Of a stretch of 64,000 bases of DNA, positions 35,253-44,181 are shown piece after piece. The notes beneath the pieces were generated by a model that was given only the letters and a program-made list of their open reading frames with translations, was not told the DNA's origin and searched no databases. Every line of letters starts with the position of its first letter. The first letter of the stretch is position 1. The DNA is from a virus. Position numbers and translations under genes: made by a program. The stretch is taken from IMG/VR virus record IMGVR_UViG_3300050120_000053, positions 1,291 to 65,290 of that record, one strand, 5' to 3'.

Positions 35253-35683
35253 CAGAAGTTTCCTCCGATTGCAAACACATTTACACCGCCGCTAATCTGC
35301 GTGTCCTGGACGGATGCGACCAGCGAGTACCCGCTCGGCAGAAGCATCGGCATGACGTTCGGATTGTCTACAGCCTCAAGGCCCGCGCCAACGTTGGCCG
35401 AGTTGCAGAACACTGGCGTCACGCCATCGACAGGCGTGATCGCCGGCAAGACGATCTCCTGCCACAGAAAATAGGACGTTCCGTTGTAGACGAACAAGCG
35501 GATCACGCTCGCTGTCGTGGCACCGATCGCGCAGAACGCAATGCGCTCGATGCGCGTGCCGCTTGAACCAGCAGTGAGGACCGTTGCCTTGTTCGTCGGC
35601 GATGTACGCGACGAATCACCGGTCGAGATCAGGCCTACACCGCAAACCGGCGTAGTTGCGAAATTTGGCGTACCTTGTGCCAT
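35252..35683 (-). CDS. Tail fibre-associated structural protein
   Basis: P.F..TP...G.IST....R...TAGSSGTRIERI...LPSGYSL; within the fibre cluster. Confidence 0.65.
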   Translation of the reverse strand: MAQGTPNFATTPVCGVGLISTGDSSRTSPTNKATVLTAGSSGTRIERIAFCAIGATTASVIRLFVYNGTSYFLWQEIVLPAITPVDGVTPVFCNSANVGAGLEAVDNPNVMPMLLPSGYSLVASVQDTQISGGVNVFAIGGNF

Positions 35684-35692
35684 TATTTTTCC

Positions 35693-36559
35693 TTACAGGA
35701 CGAAGCCAGTTTGAAATGCTTGGTTGTACACACCACCAGTTGCACCTTGCGGAACTGCTAGATTGAAAATCCACCAGTCGCCAACGGCATCGGTGATAAA
35801 GAGCGCAGTCGATCCAGATTGAAGAGTGTAGGCACCGCCCGCGCCTGCCCCGTTGAATGCATCGGTCGCATTCGGGTTCAGCGTGATCTGGCCGCCATTA
35901 GCAAAGGCCGAGAAACAGAAGCCGTTCCATAGCGTCGAGGCCTGCACGAGATTGAGCGTGCCGTTACCGACGAAGTTGGCGAAGTGGTTTGCCGCACCGA
36001 CAGTTGCAGAGCCAGATAGCGCAGTGATCGGCTCGTTGCCCTGTACGCCCGATGCCGTGACGCGCATGCTGCCGTCGGCGAGCTTGAGCGCCAGGTCCCC
36101 GGCGCCATCGTTCTTTAGGCCAAGGCCGATACCGAGCGCCGCGACCGCACCGAGCGAAATCGATGACCAGCCAGAGCCGCCAGTGTCAGGGTCGGTGACA
36201 TTGTTGTCGGCAGTGCTCACCCACCACGAGCCACCCGCAGCAGACATCAGCGTCGCGCCCATCGGATAGCCGCCGATAGACGCCGAGAATGTCGCGTCGT
36301 ATCGGACTGCGCCGCCAGCGTTGACCCACTGAATCCATGCGGTGATCTGGTTCAGGATGCCGTTCATATCCTGGCCGAATGGCGGGATCCCGCCCGAGCC
36401 TTCAGGGATGAACGTCACCGGCGGAAAGCCATCGGTGAGCGATGCCGCGCCGGGAGTGGTCAGTATCTGAGATGAGACTGGGATCGGCCGTATAAAGCTG
36501 CTCTGCGCATCTGCAGCGAACGGCAGAGGAAACTTGACAGGTATTTGCGAAGCTATCAT
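35693..36559 (-). CDS. Tail fibre (baseplate-proximal part)
   Basis: GAASLTDGFPP.T...GGIPP.GQDMNGILN...IGGYP.GA; follows DUF2612 gene. Confidence 0.82.
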   Translation of the reverse strand: MIASQIPVKFPLPFAADAQSSFIRPIPVSSQILTTPGAASLTDGFPPVTFIPEGSGGIPPFGQDMNGILNQITAWIQWVNAGGAVRYDATFSASIGGYPMGATLMSAAGGSWWVSTADNNVTDPDTGGSGWSSISLGAVAALGIGLGLKNDGAGDLALKLADGSMRVTASGVQGNEPITALSGSATVGAANHFANFVGNGTLNLVQASTLWNGFCFSAFANGGQITLNPNATDAFNGAGAGGAYTLQSGSTALFITDAVGDWWIFNLAVPQGATGGVYNQAFQTGFVL

Positions 36560-36561
36560 GC

Positions 36562-37185
36562 CTATCCTTGAACTATGGTTGCCAAGACGCCACCCGGCCT
36601 CGGCAGCACATTGGTGTTTTGCAATATCGCAATCTGCAGCGCGGTCAACGTGAATTGAAACGTGTAGGTCATGGTCATGTTTAGGCCGTCCGTCACGTAG
36701 CAAACGAGGCCCGGAAACAGCGTTCTCAGGATCAGGTTCAGCCCCGGTATTGACCCGTCCCAGATGTTCGCTGCGGCCTTAGCCATGATGAGCGTTCTGA
36801 ACGCATCATCTGAAAGTGTGGCGTTTCCAGCTAACGCCTCGCCGGAATAGAAAGGCGACTGATTAAACGGATCGGCACTTAGCGTCCCAGCCTCTTGAAA
36901 GCCGAAATACTTCTGCGTGATGCCGGGTATCACGCGAGTCACGCCTACAATGCGCCCCCACACATCCAGCCCATATCCGACCGCCGTCTCAATGTTCCAA
37001 AGCTGGTCATAGAACGCGTCGATGTTCTGAGTTGGATCAACGTTCTGCGAGAAGTAATCGATCCATTGCAGAATTACCGGACTGTTCGCGTACTGGCTTA
37101 GAATCGTCTGCGTCCAGTCGAACGGCTGTGACCCGATGGCGCTTTCGCCTATGACAAACTGGCCGATGCCGTTCGGTGCGGTCAT
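36562..37185 (-). CDS. Baseplate wedge protein, DUF2612 family
   Basis: TILSQYANSP...WNIETA.GYGLDVWGRIVGV.R...LSDDAFR.LI..KA..NI. Confidence 0.88.
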   Translation of the reverse strand: MTAPNGIGQFVIGESAIGSQPFDWTQTILSQYANSPVILQWIDYFSQNVDPTQNIDAFYDQLWNIETAVGYGLDVWGRIVGVTRVIPGITQKYFGFQEAGTLSADPFNQSPFYSGEALAGNATLSDDAFRTLIMAKAAANIWDGSIPGLNLILRTLFPGLVCYVTDGLNMTMTYTFQFTLTALQIAILQNTNVLPRPGGVLATIVQG

Positions 37186-37781
37186 GGCAGAGTGAGTTGG
37201 CTAGAGGGCCACGTCGGCGTTTGCCCAGCATTCGCCTGAGAATGAGCAAACTGCAGCGCGTAGGTGTAGTTCATCATTGATGTGGCGAATTCATTCCACT
37301 GCGCTTGAGTGAAAGTCGCGCTTGTGCCGTTCGGATCGAAGTAGGCGAAACTTGAACCGCCACCAGGGAGACCTCGGCCCGCTGCGATTGAGGTTTCTAC
37401 GCTGGTGATATTCGCCTGCGCGGTTGCATTGGCGGCTTGCCCGGTGATAGAGGGAGCCGTGAACGTTCCGGTGTTTGAGGGAACGCAAACCGTCGAGCCG
37501 CTTGCGCAAGACACCGCAATGGGCGCGGCCAGTGCTTGCGCATATTGCTGGTCAGGTGTCAGTGTCTGAGCCGCTGGAGCGGTGAATGTCCCGTTGGCGT
37601 AGGCCCAGCCGATCCCAGCATTGCCCGTCAAAGGAACGGCGGAGTCGCCAGCCGGCGGGGTGTATGCGCTCACGCCATCCCATGCGATGACGTTGACGAC
37701 GGCCCCGTTATTGACGAGGGCATAATTGCCTGCAAATGCGGGAGCGCTTACGAGCGCGAGAGCGAGGAAGAGAGAGCGCAT
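37182..37781 (-). CDS. Fibre-chaperone-like protein with a Sec signal peptide
   Basis: MRSLFLALALVSAPAFA-GNYALVNNG.VVNVI.WDG...IGW.Y..G.F.AP; RBS GGAG; Cys pair. Confidence 0.7.
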   Translation of the reverse strand: MRSLFLALALVSAPAFAGNYALVNNGAVVNVIAWDGVSAYTPPAGDSAVPLTGNAGIGWAYANGTFTAPAAQTLTPDQQYAQALAAPIAVSCASGSTVCVPSNTGTFTAPSITGQAANATAQANITSVETSIAAGRGLPGGGSSFAYFDPNGTSATFTQAQWNEFATSMMNYTYALQFAHSQANAGQTPTWPSSQLTLP

Positions 37782-39577
37782 CAGATCACTCCATTGATGT
37801 TGCACTCACCAGCAGCACCAGATCCGCCAGTGCCGTTGTAGGTTCCACCACCGCCACCTCCAGGCTGGGCGCCTGCGCCAGCAGCGCCAGAATTTGAGCC
37901 CGCCCCGCCAGCGCCGCCAAAGACTGATGTGCCTCCGGCGTAAGCCGTTGAGCCGTTACTGCCACCGCCACCACCACCGCCATAGACCGATTTTCCGGCA
38001 GCGGCATTCTGCGTGCCACCTCCTGCGCCACCCCACGCGGAATTTGCACCGACTCCGCCCCCGCCCAGTCCGGGCCCATCGCTTCCAGATGTTGATGCGC
38101 CTGGCGCGCCACCGGTGGTTCCGATCCCCACAGACAGCGATCCACCGCCCCCGCCCCCGGAAGGTGATCCGGCGATGAACGTGGAAGCGGCGCCGCCGTA
38201 TGAGGTCAGGAGGGAGCCGAGCGTTGAGCTATTGCCGGCCGTACCGGGCGCCGACGAGCCAGCTACCGTGCATGTAACCGCAGCCCCGGGAGTGCCAATA
38301 GAAGGAAAGTTATACGGCACAGCTGCACCTCCTCCGCCTCCATAGACGCTGTTGGATGCGCCTGAATATCCGCCACCTCCACCACCCCAAAGAATCCCCG
38401 TGAATGCCTGATAGCCAGGAGGGATCGTGATCGTCGTCGTCGAGAGAAGCTTGAGCGAGAACGGGTTGAGAACGACGCTGTAAAAGTTCGTCCCGTCCGT
38501 GTTGACGATCCGCACTTCGCCCGGGTACATCACATACGATGACAGGCCGTCAACCGTTCCCGATGCGGGAGAAAGCGTAATGTTGCCCGTGCCTGCGTTC
38601 TGAACGATGACCCACCATCCGTTGCCGAGCGTCGTCGGCGAGGTAAGCGTCAGCGCCCAAGTGCCGGTTGCGTACAGAACGGACGAGCTATCCGTGCCAA
38701 TGGCCGTATAGGCCGAAGTGTGAGTCGACCGCTTGAGTGTGCTTGCGCCCGTCGACCCATTCGATGCGAGTGTGATGCGGCCCGCTGCATCGTAGGCAAG
38801 AACACACGACGTGCACGTACCCGCGCCCACGCCGGTCGGCGCCATCATCGTTGACGTGACGGTGCCGGTATCGTTGCTACCGACGAGCGTTCCACTCGGC
38901 GGGAACGTGACGGCCGTGTTATTGGTGAGCGTGCCCGTGAAACTGTAGGTGCTGCCGCTAAGCGATACCGCATGACCGCCAATTGCATGAACCGCCGTAG
39001 CGGTAGAGCCTGCGGTCGAGGTCACATCGCCAGTGAACGCCGGCATCGTCGAGGAAGCTAGGATTCCTCCTGCGCCAAGCGCCGGGATATTGCCGCTTGC
39101 AGACCCAATGGGTGTTGAGCAAGCAGTCGAGGCATTCGAGAGGTCCGAGCACGCGGCTTGAGTGACAACACCCGAGCCGTTCCCGCGCAGCGCGCCCATG
39201 ACCGCGCCAGCGCCGCCGTAGTTCGACCCGATCAGCGTGCCTTGCCACACCCCCGCCGTGATCGTGCCGAGCGTGGTAATGCTCGTCGCGCCGGTCCATG
39301 TGCCGGCTGCGATTTGCGACAGGATCGACGAGTAGGGCTGAATATTGCCGCCAGGCGTCAACCCGAGATTGGTCTGCGCTTGCGCTGCGGTCGTGGCACC
39401 CGTCCCGCCGAGATTGATCGGGAGACCTGCGGGGTTGTAATTGAGCTTTCCCGCGAAGTAGCTATTCCACTGGCCGGGAGTCGGCACTTGGCCGTAAGTG
39501 AATCCTGGCGCAGACTGGCCGAATGACGCGCACGACAGCAGGGCCATCGCAATGAACAACGAGAGGCGTTTGAGCAT
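37781..39577 (-). CDS. Glycine-rich tail-fibre-like protein with a signal-peptide-like N-terminus
   Basis: MLKRLSLFIAMALLSCASFG-QS; PINLGGTGATTAAQA..NLG fibre repeat; C-terminal WGGGGGG glycine-rich domain. Confidence 0.72.
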   Translation of the reverse strand: MLKRLSLFIAMALLSCASFGQSAPGFTYGQVPTPGQWNSYFAGKLNYNPAGLPINLGGTGATTAAQAQTNLGLTPGGNIQPYSSILSQIAAGTWTGATSITTLGTITAGVWQGTLIGSNYGGAGAVMGALRGNGSGVVTQAACSDLSNASTACSTPIGSASGNIPALGAGGILASSTMPAFTGDVTSTAGSTATAVHAIGGHAVSLSGSTYSFTGTLTNNTAVTFPPSGTLVGSNDTGTVTSTMMAPTGVGAGTCTSCVLAYDAAGRITLASNGSTGASTLKRSTHTSAYTAIGTDSSSVLYATGTWALTLTSPTTLGNGWWVIVQNAGTGNITLSPASGTVDGLSSYVMYPGEVRIVNTDGTNFYSVVLNPFSLKLLSTTTITIPPGYQAFTGILWGGGGGGYSGASNSVYGGGGGAAVPYNFPSIGTPGAAVTCTVAGSSAPGTAGNSSTLGSLLTSYGGAASTFIAGSPSGGGGGGSLSVGIGTTGGAPGASTSGSDGPGLGGGGVGANSAWGGAGGGTQNAAAGKSVYGGGGGGGSNGSTAYAGGTSVFGGAGGAGSNSGAAGAGAQPGGGGGGTYNGTGGSGAAGECNINGVI

Positions 39578-39580
39578 GGT

Positions 39581-41200
39581 TTAGACCGAGATGTTGATGT
39601 TTGCAGCGGAGGTGACGGGGAACTGATTGATCATCATCTGCAAGGACGTTGCGGTCATGGCGATGACGTTCATCGAGGCGCTCGCGAATGTCTGCGTGCT
39701 TGAAATCGTGTACGTTCCTGCGCCGCCCGCTGTGCCGGTTAGCTGATTGACGATCTGCGTTCCTGCGACGAGGCCTGAGGCAGACAGCACCTGACCAGCG
39801 GACAGGAAGCCGCCGGCGGCTGTCACGGTCAGCGTGAGCCCCGAGATCGAGCCGGTGATTGCAAAGGCCGGCGATGCCGACGAGCCCATAGTGAGCGACA
39901 AGATCATCGCCCACGGCCCCAGCGCGTAAATACCGGGATAGAACCGGCTCGCCAGGATGTTCGATCCTTGCTGTGACCGCGTGCCGCCATCGGCGCCAGC
40001 CAAGGCGTTCACGATTGCGGTCGAGATCAGCGCCGAAGCATTCGACGGGACCGAGGTCGAATTGATGATCGCGACGTTGAGATAAATTTCGGTATTCGCT
40101 GGCGTGTAGTGCGAGATCGAGTATGGGACGCCCGGAGGTGCATAGGGTTGGCTCGTGTCGTACACCACTGTTGTCGTGTCGCCAGGCATGGGGATGCCCG
40201 GTGGCTTCTTCGACATGATGGCCTGTGCGATTGCTGTCGCTGCGCCGCCCGCCACGCTGCAATAGATCGAGTTCGCAAGGATTTGCACGCCACCCAATTG
40301 CAAGGTTGTCGATGCCACGGTTTGCGAGATGCTCACCGTGTACGGGCTCGACGTCCCGGCGGTGATCGTTGTTCCGGGCATCATGCCGGGACCGCTGACG
40401 ATCTGGCCGATAGCCGGCGTGCCGCTCGTAACGGCAGTGACGGTTAGCGCGGTTCCGCTGATTGAGCCGACGATCGTCGCTGCCGGATTGACGGCAATCG
40501 GGTATGCGTTCGGGTTGTCCTGCGTGTACGCACCGAGCACGTTCGGCACGCTCAGCACAGCAGCCTGAATCGCCTGCGTGCTGTTGAGCGAATTGCCGGA
40601 GACCGACTGTTGCCGGCGAAGCTCGAACGCCGCGCGCGTTTCGACGAGAGCGCCCAGTTCACCATCGGTGGCATTGCTGATCGAATCCCATCCCGGTATT
40701 GCCTGATAGATCGCGTTGAGCGATCCTGAAGGGCAAGCGATCGGCCCTTGCACGTTGTTCGCGAACGGGAGAACAATGTTGTCGGTCGTCGGTATCGTGC
40801 CGGCCTGCGTGCACGAGTACACGTTGCCGGCGGTGTCTGACGCCAGAGCGCCGACAGGGATCACGACGCCGGACAAACCGGTACACGTGCATTGGACCGT
40901 GGTCGACGCGGCCGGGATGCGCGTCATGAAATAGATTCGGCCCAGACCGTCTTGCATCCGGCCAGAGGCATACGCTGGGTCGACACCGTTCGCGAGCGCC
41001 AAGAAGGCGTCATTGCAGGCACCGATGATGGCCGTTTGACTCTGCGCGAGCTGGCCTTGCGAAGTGGTCAATGACGGATTGATGTTCCCACCAAAGGCGC
41101 TGCCGGCGTCCGCCAACGAGCCCGCCAGGATTGCGCTTTCTGCAGGCGCGATGAAGCCAGCCGGCCCGAGGCTGACTTGTGGAACATTTGTGGTTGGCAT
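39581..41200 (-). CDS. Baseplate J-like protein with two inserted domains
   Basis: SLTTSQGQLA...DP..ASGR.QD.LGRIYF.TR..A..T.V...G..ETRA.FE.RR..SV. Confidence 0.9.
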   Translation of the reverse strand: MPTTNVPQVSLGPAGFIAPAESAILAGSLADAGSAFGGNINPSLTTSQGQLAQSQTAIIGACNDAFLALANGVDPAYASGRMQDGLGRIYFMTRIPAASTTVQCTCTGLSGVVIPVGALASDTAGNVYSCTQAGTIPTTDNIVLPFANNVQGPIACPSGSLNAIYQAIPGWDSISNATDGELGALVETRAAFELRRQQSVSGNSLNSTQAIQAAVLSVPNVLGAYTQDNPNAYPIAVNPAATIVGSISGTALTVTAVTSGTPAIGQIVSGPGMMPGTTITAGTSSPYTVSISQTVASTTLQLGGVQILANSIYCSVAGGAATAIAQAIMSKKPPGIPMPGDTTTVVYDTSQPYAPPGVPYSISHYTPANTEIYLNVAIINSTSVPSNASALISTAIVNALAGADGGTRSQQGSNILASRFYPGIYALGPWAMILSLTMGSSASPAFAITGSISGLTLTVTAAGGFLSAGQVLSASGLVAGTQIVNQLTGTAGGAGTYTISSTQTFASASMNVIAMTATSLQMMINQFPVTSAANINISV

Positions 41201-41258
41201 CGAGTAGGCGTAAAAAAACCCGCTCGAGGCGGGTTGATTGTCTGGGGCGAAGCGCGGT

Positions 41259-41609
41259 CTAGAAGCTGGCTGCTGTCGTCGTGCCGGTCGTGTCCGTGAT
41301 CTGCACTTGGCCGGTGAGTTTTCGATTGACGACGCCAGTGATGAACACTTGTGCGCTCGCTACACCGGGCACGGTCATCGCTGCGGCTACGAGGTCGGCC
41401 TTGACCAGCGAGAGCGATGGGTAATGGCCGAGAATGTCTTGCCAGTACGGGACGCCGATGGTTTGGTCATACCAGCATTCCCCAAGAAAGGTGCGTATCG
41501 CGCTGCAGCAGTCCTGCGCTAGGCTGTACGGTGCGGACGCAAGGGCAATATTCCCGGACGCGTCGAGTGTCCAATCCCACGTTAGCGGGTCGAGAAAAAT
41601 AGTGTTCAT
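41259..41609 (-). CDS. Baseplate wedge/sheath-initiator (gp25-like)
   Basis: WD.TLD.SGNIA.....Y..AQD...AIR.FLGE.WYD...GVPY. Confidence 0.8.
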   Translation of the reverse strand: MNTIFLDPLTWDWTLDASGNIALASAPYSLAQDCCSAIRTFLGECWYDQTIGVPYWQDILGHYPSLSLVKADLVAAAMTVPGVASAQVFITGVVNRKLTGQVQITDTTGTTTAASF

Positions 41610-41611
41610 GA

Positions 41612-42379
41612 TCAGTTAACCATCGTGCTGGTGTCTGCTTCTGCGTCGCCGTGGCTGTCATTGCCCTGCGTGTGGTAGTGGCCGCCGACAGACTTGCCGG
41701 CAATCACCACGTCGCTTTGGACATTGACCGGGCCAGCCATCGAAGCATTGCCACCCTGCGGCCCTTCGCCCTGCGTCAACTGGCCGTCCATCTCGATCGC
41801 GGGCGCAGAGTTGGTGATCTGCGTGCCGGCCGTCAAGCCGATGGTCTGGGTCGCCTGCAAGACGATGGTCGGTGCGGACAGATTGATTTGAGTCGGCGAT
41901 GTTATCGCGATGCCTGAGCTGGAAAAGGCGATGTACTGTGTCGGGGCGCCGTTCAGCATTCCGCCGAAGTAGACCGCATCTGCCATGTCGAACTTACGTG
42001 AGCTACCCGGATTCGCTTGACCCTTATTGGCGATCACGCTCGATATATCGCGGTCAGCGAAGCCCGCCCAGCCGATGTCACCGACTTGCGGGTCAATGAT
42101 GATCGCGTTTGCGCCACCCTGCAGCCGGAAGTACGGGCAATGGTAGATCGTCGCGTGTGGCGTTGCATTGCCTGCGCCATCGGTTTGATTCACGAGCGGC
42201 ATGATGTCCACAAAGCCGACCGGCGAGACGCCGCCGCTGTTGGTGACTCCTATCACCTTGACGATCTGCATCGTCCTGACTCGAGCGAGAATCGACCAGA
42301 CCATGAACGATTGCGCGTTGAAGTCTGACGCCGCCGAGTTTGGTGTCTGTATTCCGTTGTAGCCGTTGTTGCTAGGCAT
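41612..42379 (-). CDS. Baseplate central spike (Gp138-like)
   Basis: FRLQGGANAII.DP.VGDIG...FADRDIS...R.FD.AD..Y.GG; C-terminal HxH metal tip. Confidence 0.88.
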   Translation of the reverse strand: MPSNNGYNGIQTPNSAASDFNAQSFMVWSILARVRTMQIVKVIGVTNSGGVSPVGFVDIMPLVNQTDGAGNATPHATIYHCPYFRLQGGANAIIIDPQVGDIGWAGFADRDISSVIANKGQANPGSSRKFDMADAVYFGGMLNGAPTQYIAFSSSGIAITSPTQINLSAPTIVLQATQTIGLTAGTQITNSAPAIEMDGQLTQGEGPQGGNASMAGPVNVQSDVVIAGKSVGGHYHTQGNDSHGDAEADTSTMVN

Positions 42380-43259
42380 TGAAAGGTGATCCGCTAAATG
42401 ATGTTTCCCACTGACCGTTAGGCGTTTCGCTTTCGAGATCGTGGGAAATTTGAAACATCACGAATTTACCGTTCGCAAATGGAAGGCTGCTTTGCATCTG
42501 ACACGTTGTACCGATCTTCAATTGCGGATTGAACAGCGTCTTGACTGCGATACTGCCGCCCAAGCCGGCGTTCGTCGGATAGCCGATCATGCCGGTGCTC
42601 GGCGATATGAGCGGGATGGCGCCGCCGCGGCTTCCGCCCTTCGGCCAGATGGCAAGGATGCTGTTGTCGAGCGTCCAATTGATGTTTGCGGCATTGGCAC
42701 ACGCCTCCATCTGCTGCTTAGGCGAGCCATGAAAGTAAGGTGTGGCGAGCTTCGCTGTTACGCCGTTGTTCTCGAACGAGTAACCGTTCTGCACGGCCAG
42801 GTTCTGCATGATCGTTGCCACGTCTGCCGATCCAGGGAAGCTCAACGGTGCCGTCGATTTGATAGCCTCGAACAGACCTGCATGAGCCGTAATGTGCAGG
42901 GCTGAGTCCGGTGCGCCGTTCATGTCGACCTGCGCGAGCGATACCTGACCCGCAAAGATGGTGCTCATGCCGGCACTGGCGTCACCGGCCTCAATGAGCA
43001 TCTGATAAAACTTTATCGTCACTTGCCCGTTGTCAAGCCTGCTCACGGTCGATAGCTGGTTCATCAGCGAAGGCGTCAGGCCGTGCACGATCACTGATGC
43101 CTCGCCCATTGACGGCGGCCCAGCATTGGCAATCGTTGCCTGCACTCGCAGCCCGGAGACCTTGACCGTATCGTACTGGCCGTCGAAGGTGTACTGCGTG
43201 CCGCTTGAGTCTTGACCTAGCTTGAACGTGAGATCGATGCGGCGCTGCACGAAAGCCAT
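42372..43259 (-). CDS. Baseplate hub protein
   Basis: G..A...I.GL....MNQL...I.AGD...IF.G...WTLDN...P..G..IS..TG.IGYP. Confidence 0.82.
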   Translation of the reverse strand: MAFVQRRIDLTFKLGQDSSGTQYTFDGQYDTVKVSGLRVQATIANAGPPSMGEASVIVHGLTPSLMNQLSTVSRLDNGQVTIKFYQMLIEAGDASAGMSTIFAGQVSLAQVDMNGAPDSALHITAHAGLFEAIKSTAPLSFPGSADVATIMQNLAVQNGYSFENNGVTAKLATPYFHGSPKQQMEACANAANINWTLDNSILAIWPKGGSRGGAIPLISPSTGMIGYPTNAGLGGSIAVKTLFNPQLKIGTTCQMQSSLPFANGKFVMFQISHDLESETPNGQWETSFSGSPFNA

Positions 43260-43570
43260 TAGCCAGCTCCCTGCAAGTCTGTCGTCTCAAGGTACATCAG
43301 CACGTAGCGAGTACCGAGTCCGGGGCTGCTTGGGTCGTTAGCACCCTGCGTGTCCACGAAGGTGAGGTCGCCAATGAAGCCGAGATAGAGGTCGCGCACG
43401 ATCCGGTTCAGGTTCTGGCAAATGACTCCACCGATGATGAGCGATCCAGAGACATACAGATCGATGTAGAGCCCAGTCGATTTCTGATAGACATTGAGCG
43501 TGCAGTTCTGACCCGCAAGCTGAACCGAGAACGTCTGCGAATATGTGTCAGCGATGGGTATGATCTGCAT
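43259..43570 (-). CDS. Baseplate-associated protein
   Basis: IP....SQTFSV.L.GQ...L..YQK..GLY.D...G.L.F.DTQG..DP. Confidence 0.78.
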   Translation of the reverse strand: MQIIPIADTYSQTFSVQLAGQNCTLNVYQKSTGLYIDLYVSGSLIIGGVICQNLNRIVRDLYLGFIGDLTFVDTQGANDPSSPGLGTRYVLMYLETTDLQGAG

Positions 43571-44181
43571 TACTGGAAGCTCACGCTGTTAGGACCAAAG
43601 AGCGTCGCGGCGCCCACGGTCGGGCTCTGCGCCTGTACAGAGCCGCCGTTCTGCGGATCTGCGCCGCTCGGTTGTGCTGTATTCGAAAACGTGGTCGTCG
43701 CAGTCACGCGAATCTCTTGGAATGCGACATCCACGGTGATCAGTCCGACACCATTAGTCGCCGTCCTGCGAAAATCAAACCGGACAGCGTTGACGCTCTG
43801 TATTACCGCCCCTTCCGGCATGGCGATATTTACTAGCGTCAGGGACTTAACCAGTGTCGACACAGCGATAAGGAAGGCTTCTCTCACGCTATCCGACCCA
43901 CCCTTGGTCATCCGCACGTTCGTGTCGGACGGCGTGGCGACCTTGTTGTACGACTGGAAAGCACCCTGCTCCATCGAATAGTTGGGCACCAGCAGTTCGC
44001 GCTTGAAATCGAGGCTGATGATGGAGTCAGGCTGTAACGCTACCGAGCCATCAAGATTGAATACACCCCACTTTGGCCCCGCGAACATCCCTAGAACGCT
44101 CTTCACATCGGAGACGAGCAGCGAGGCCGTGTTCGTTACGTTTGCGACCTTTCCCAGCAGCGCAGGAATTCCGTTAGCCAT
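43570..44181 (-). CDS. Baseplate/tube-initiator protein
   Basis: Follows the tape measure; P.Y..EQGAF.SYNKV..P. Confidence 0.75.
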   Translation of the reverse strand: MANGIPALLGKVANVTNTASLLVSDVKSVLGMFAGPKWGVFNLDGSVALQPDSIISLDFKRELLVPNYSMEQGAFQSYNKVATPSDTNVRMTKGGSDSVREAFLIAVSTLVKSLTLVNIAMPEGAVIQSVNAVRFDFRRTATNGVGLITVDVAFQEIRVTATTTFSNTAQPSGADPQNGGSVQAQSPTVGAATLFGPNSVSFQ

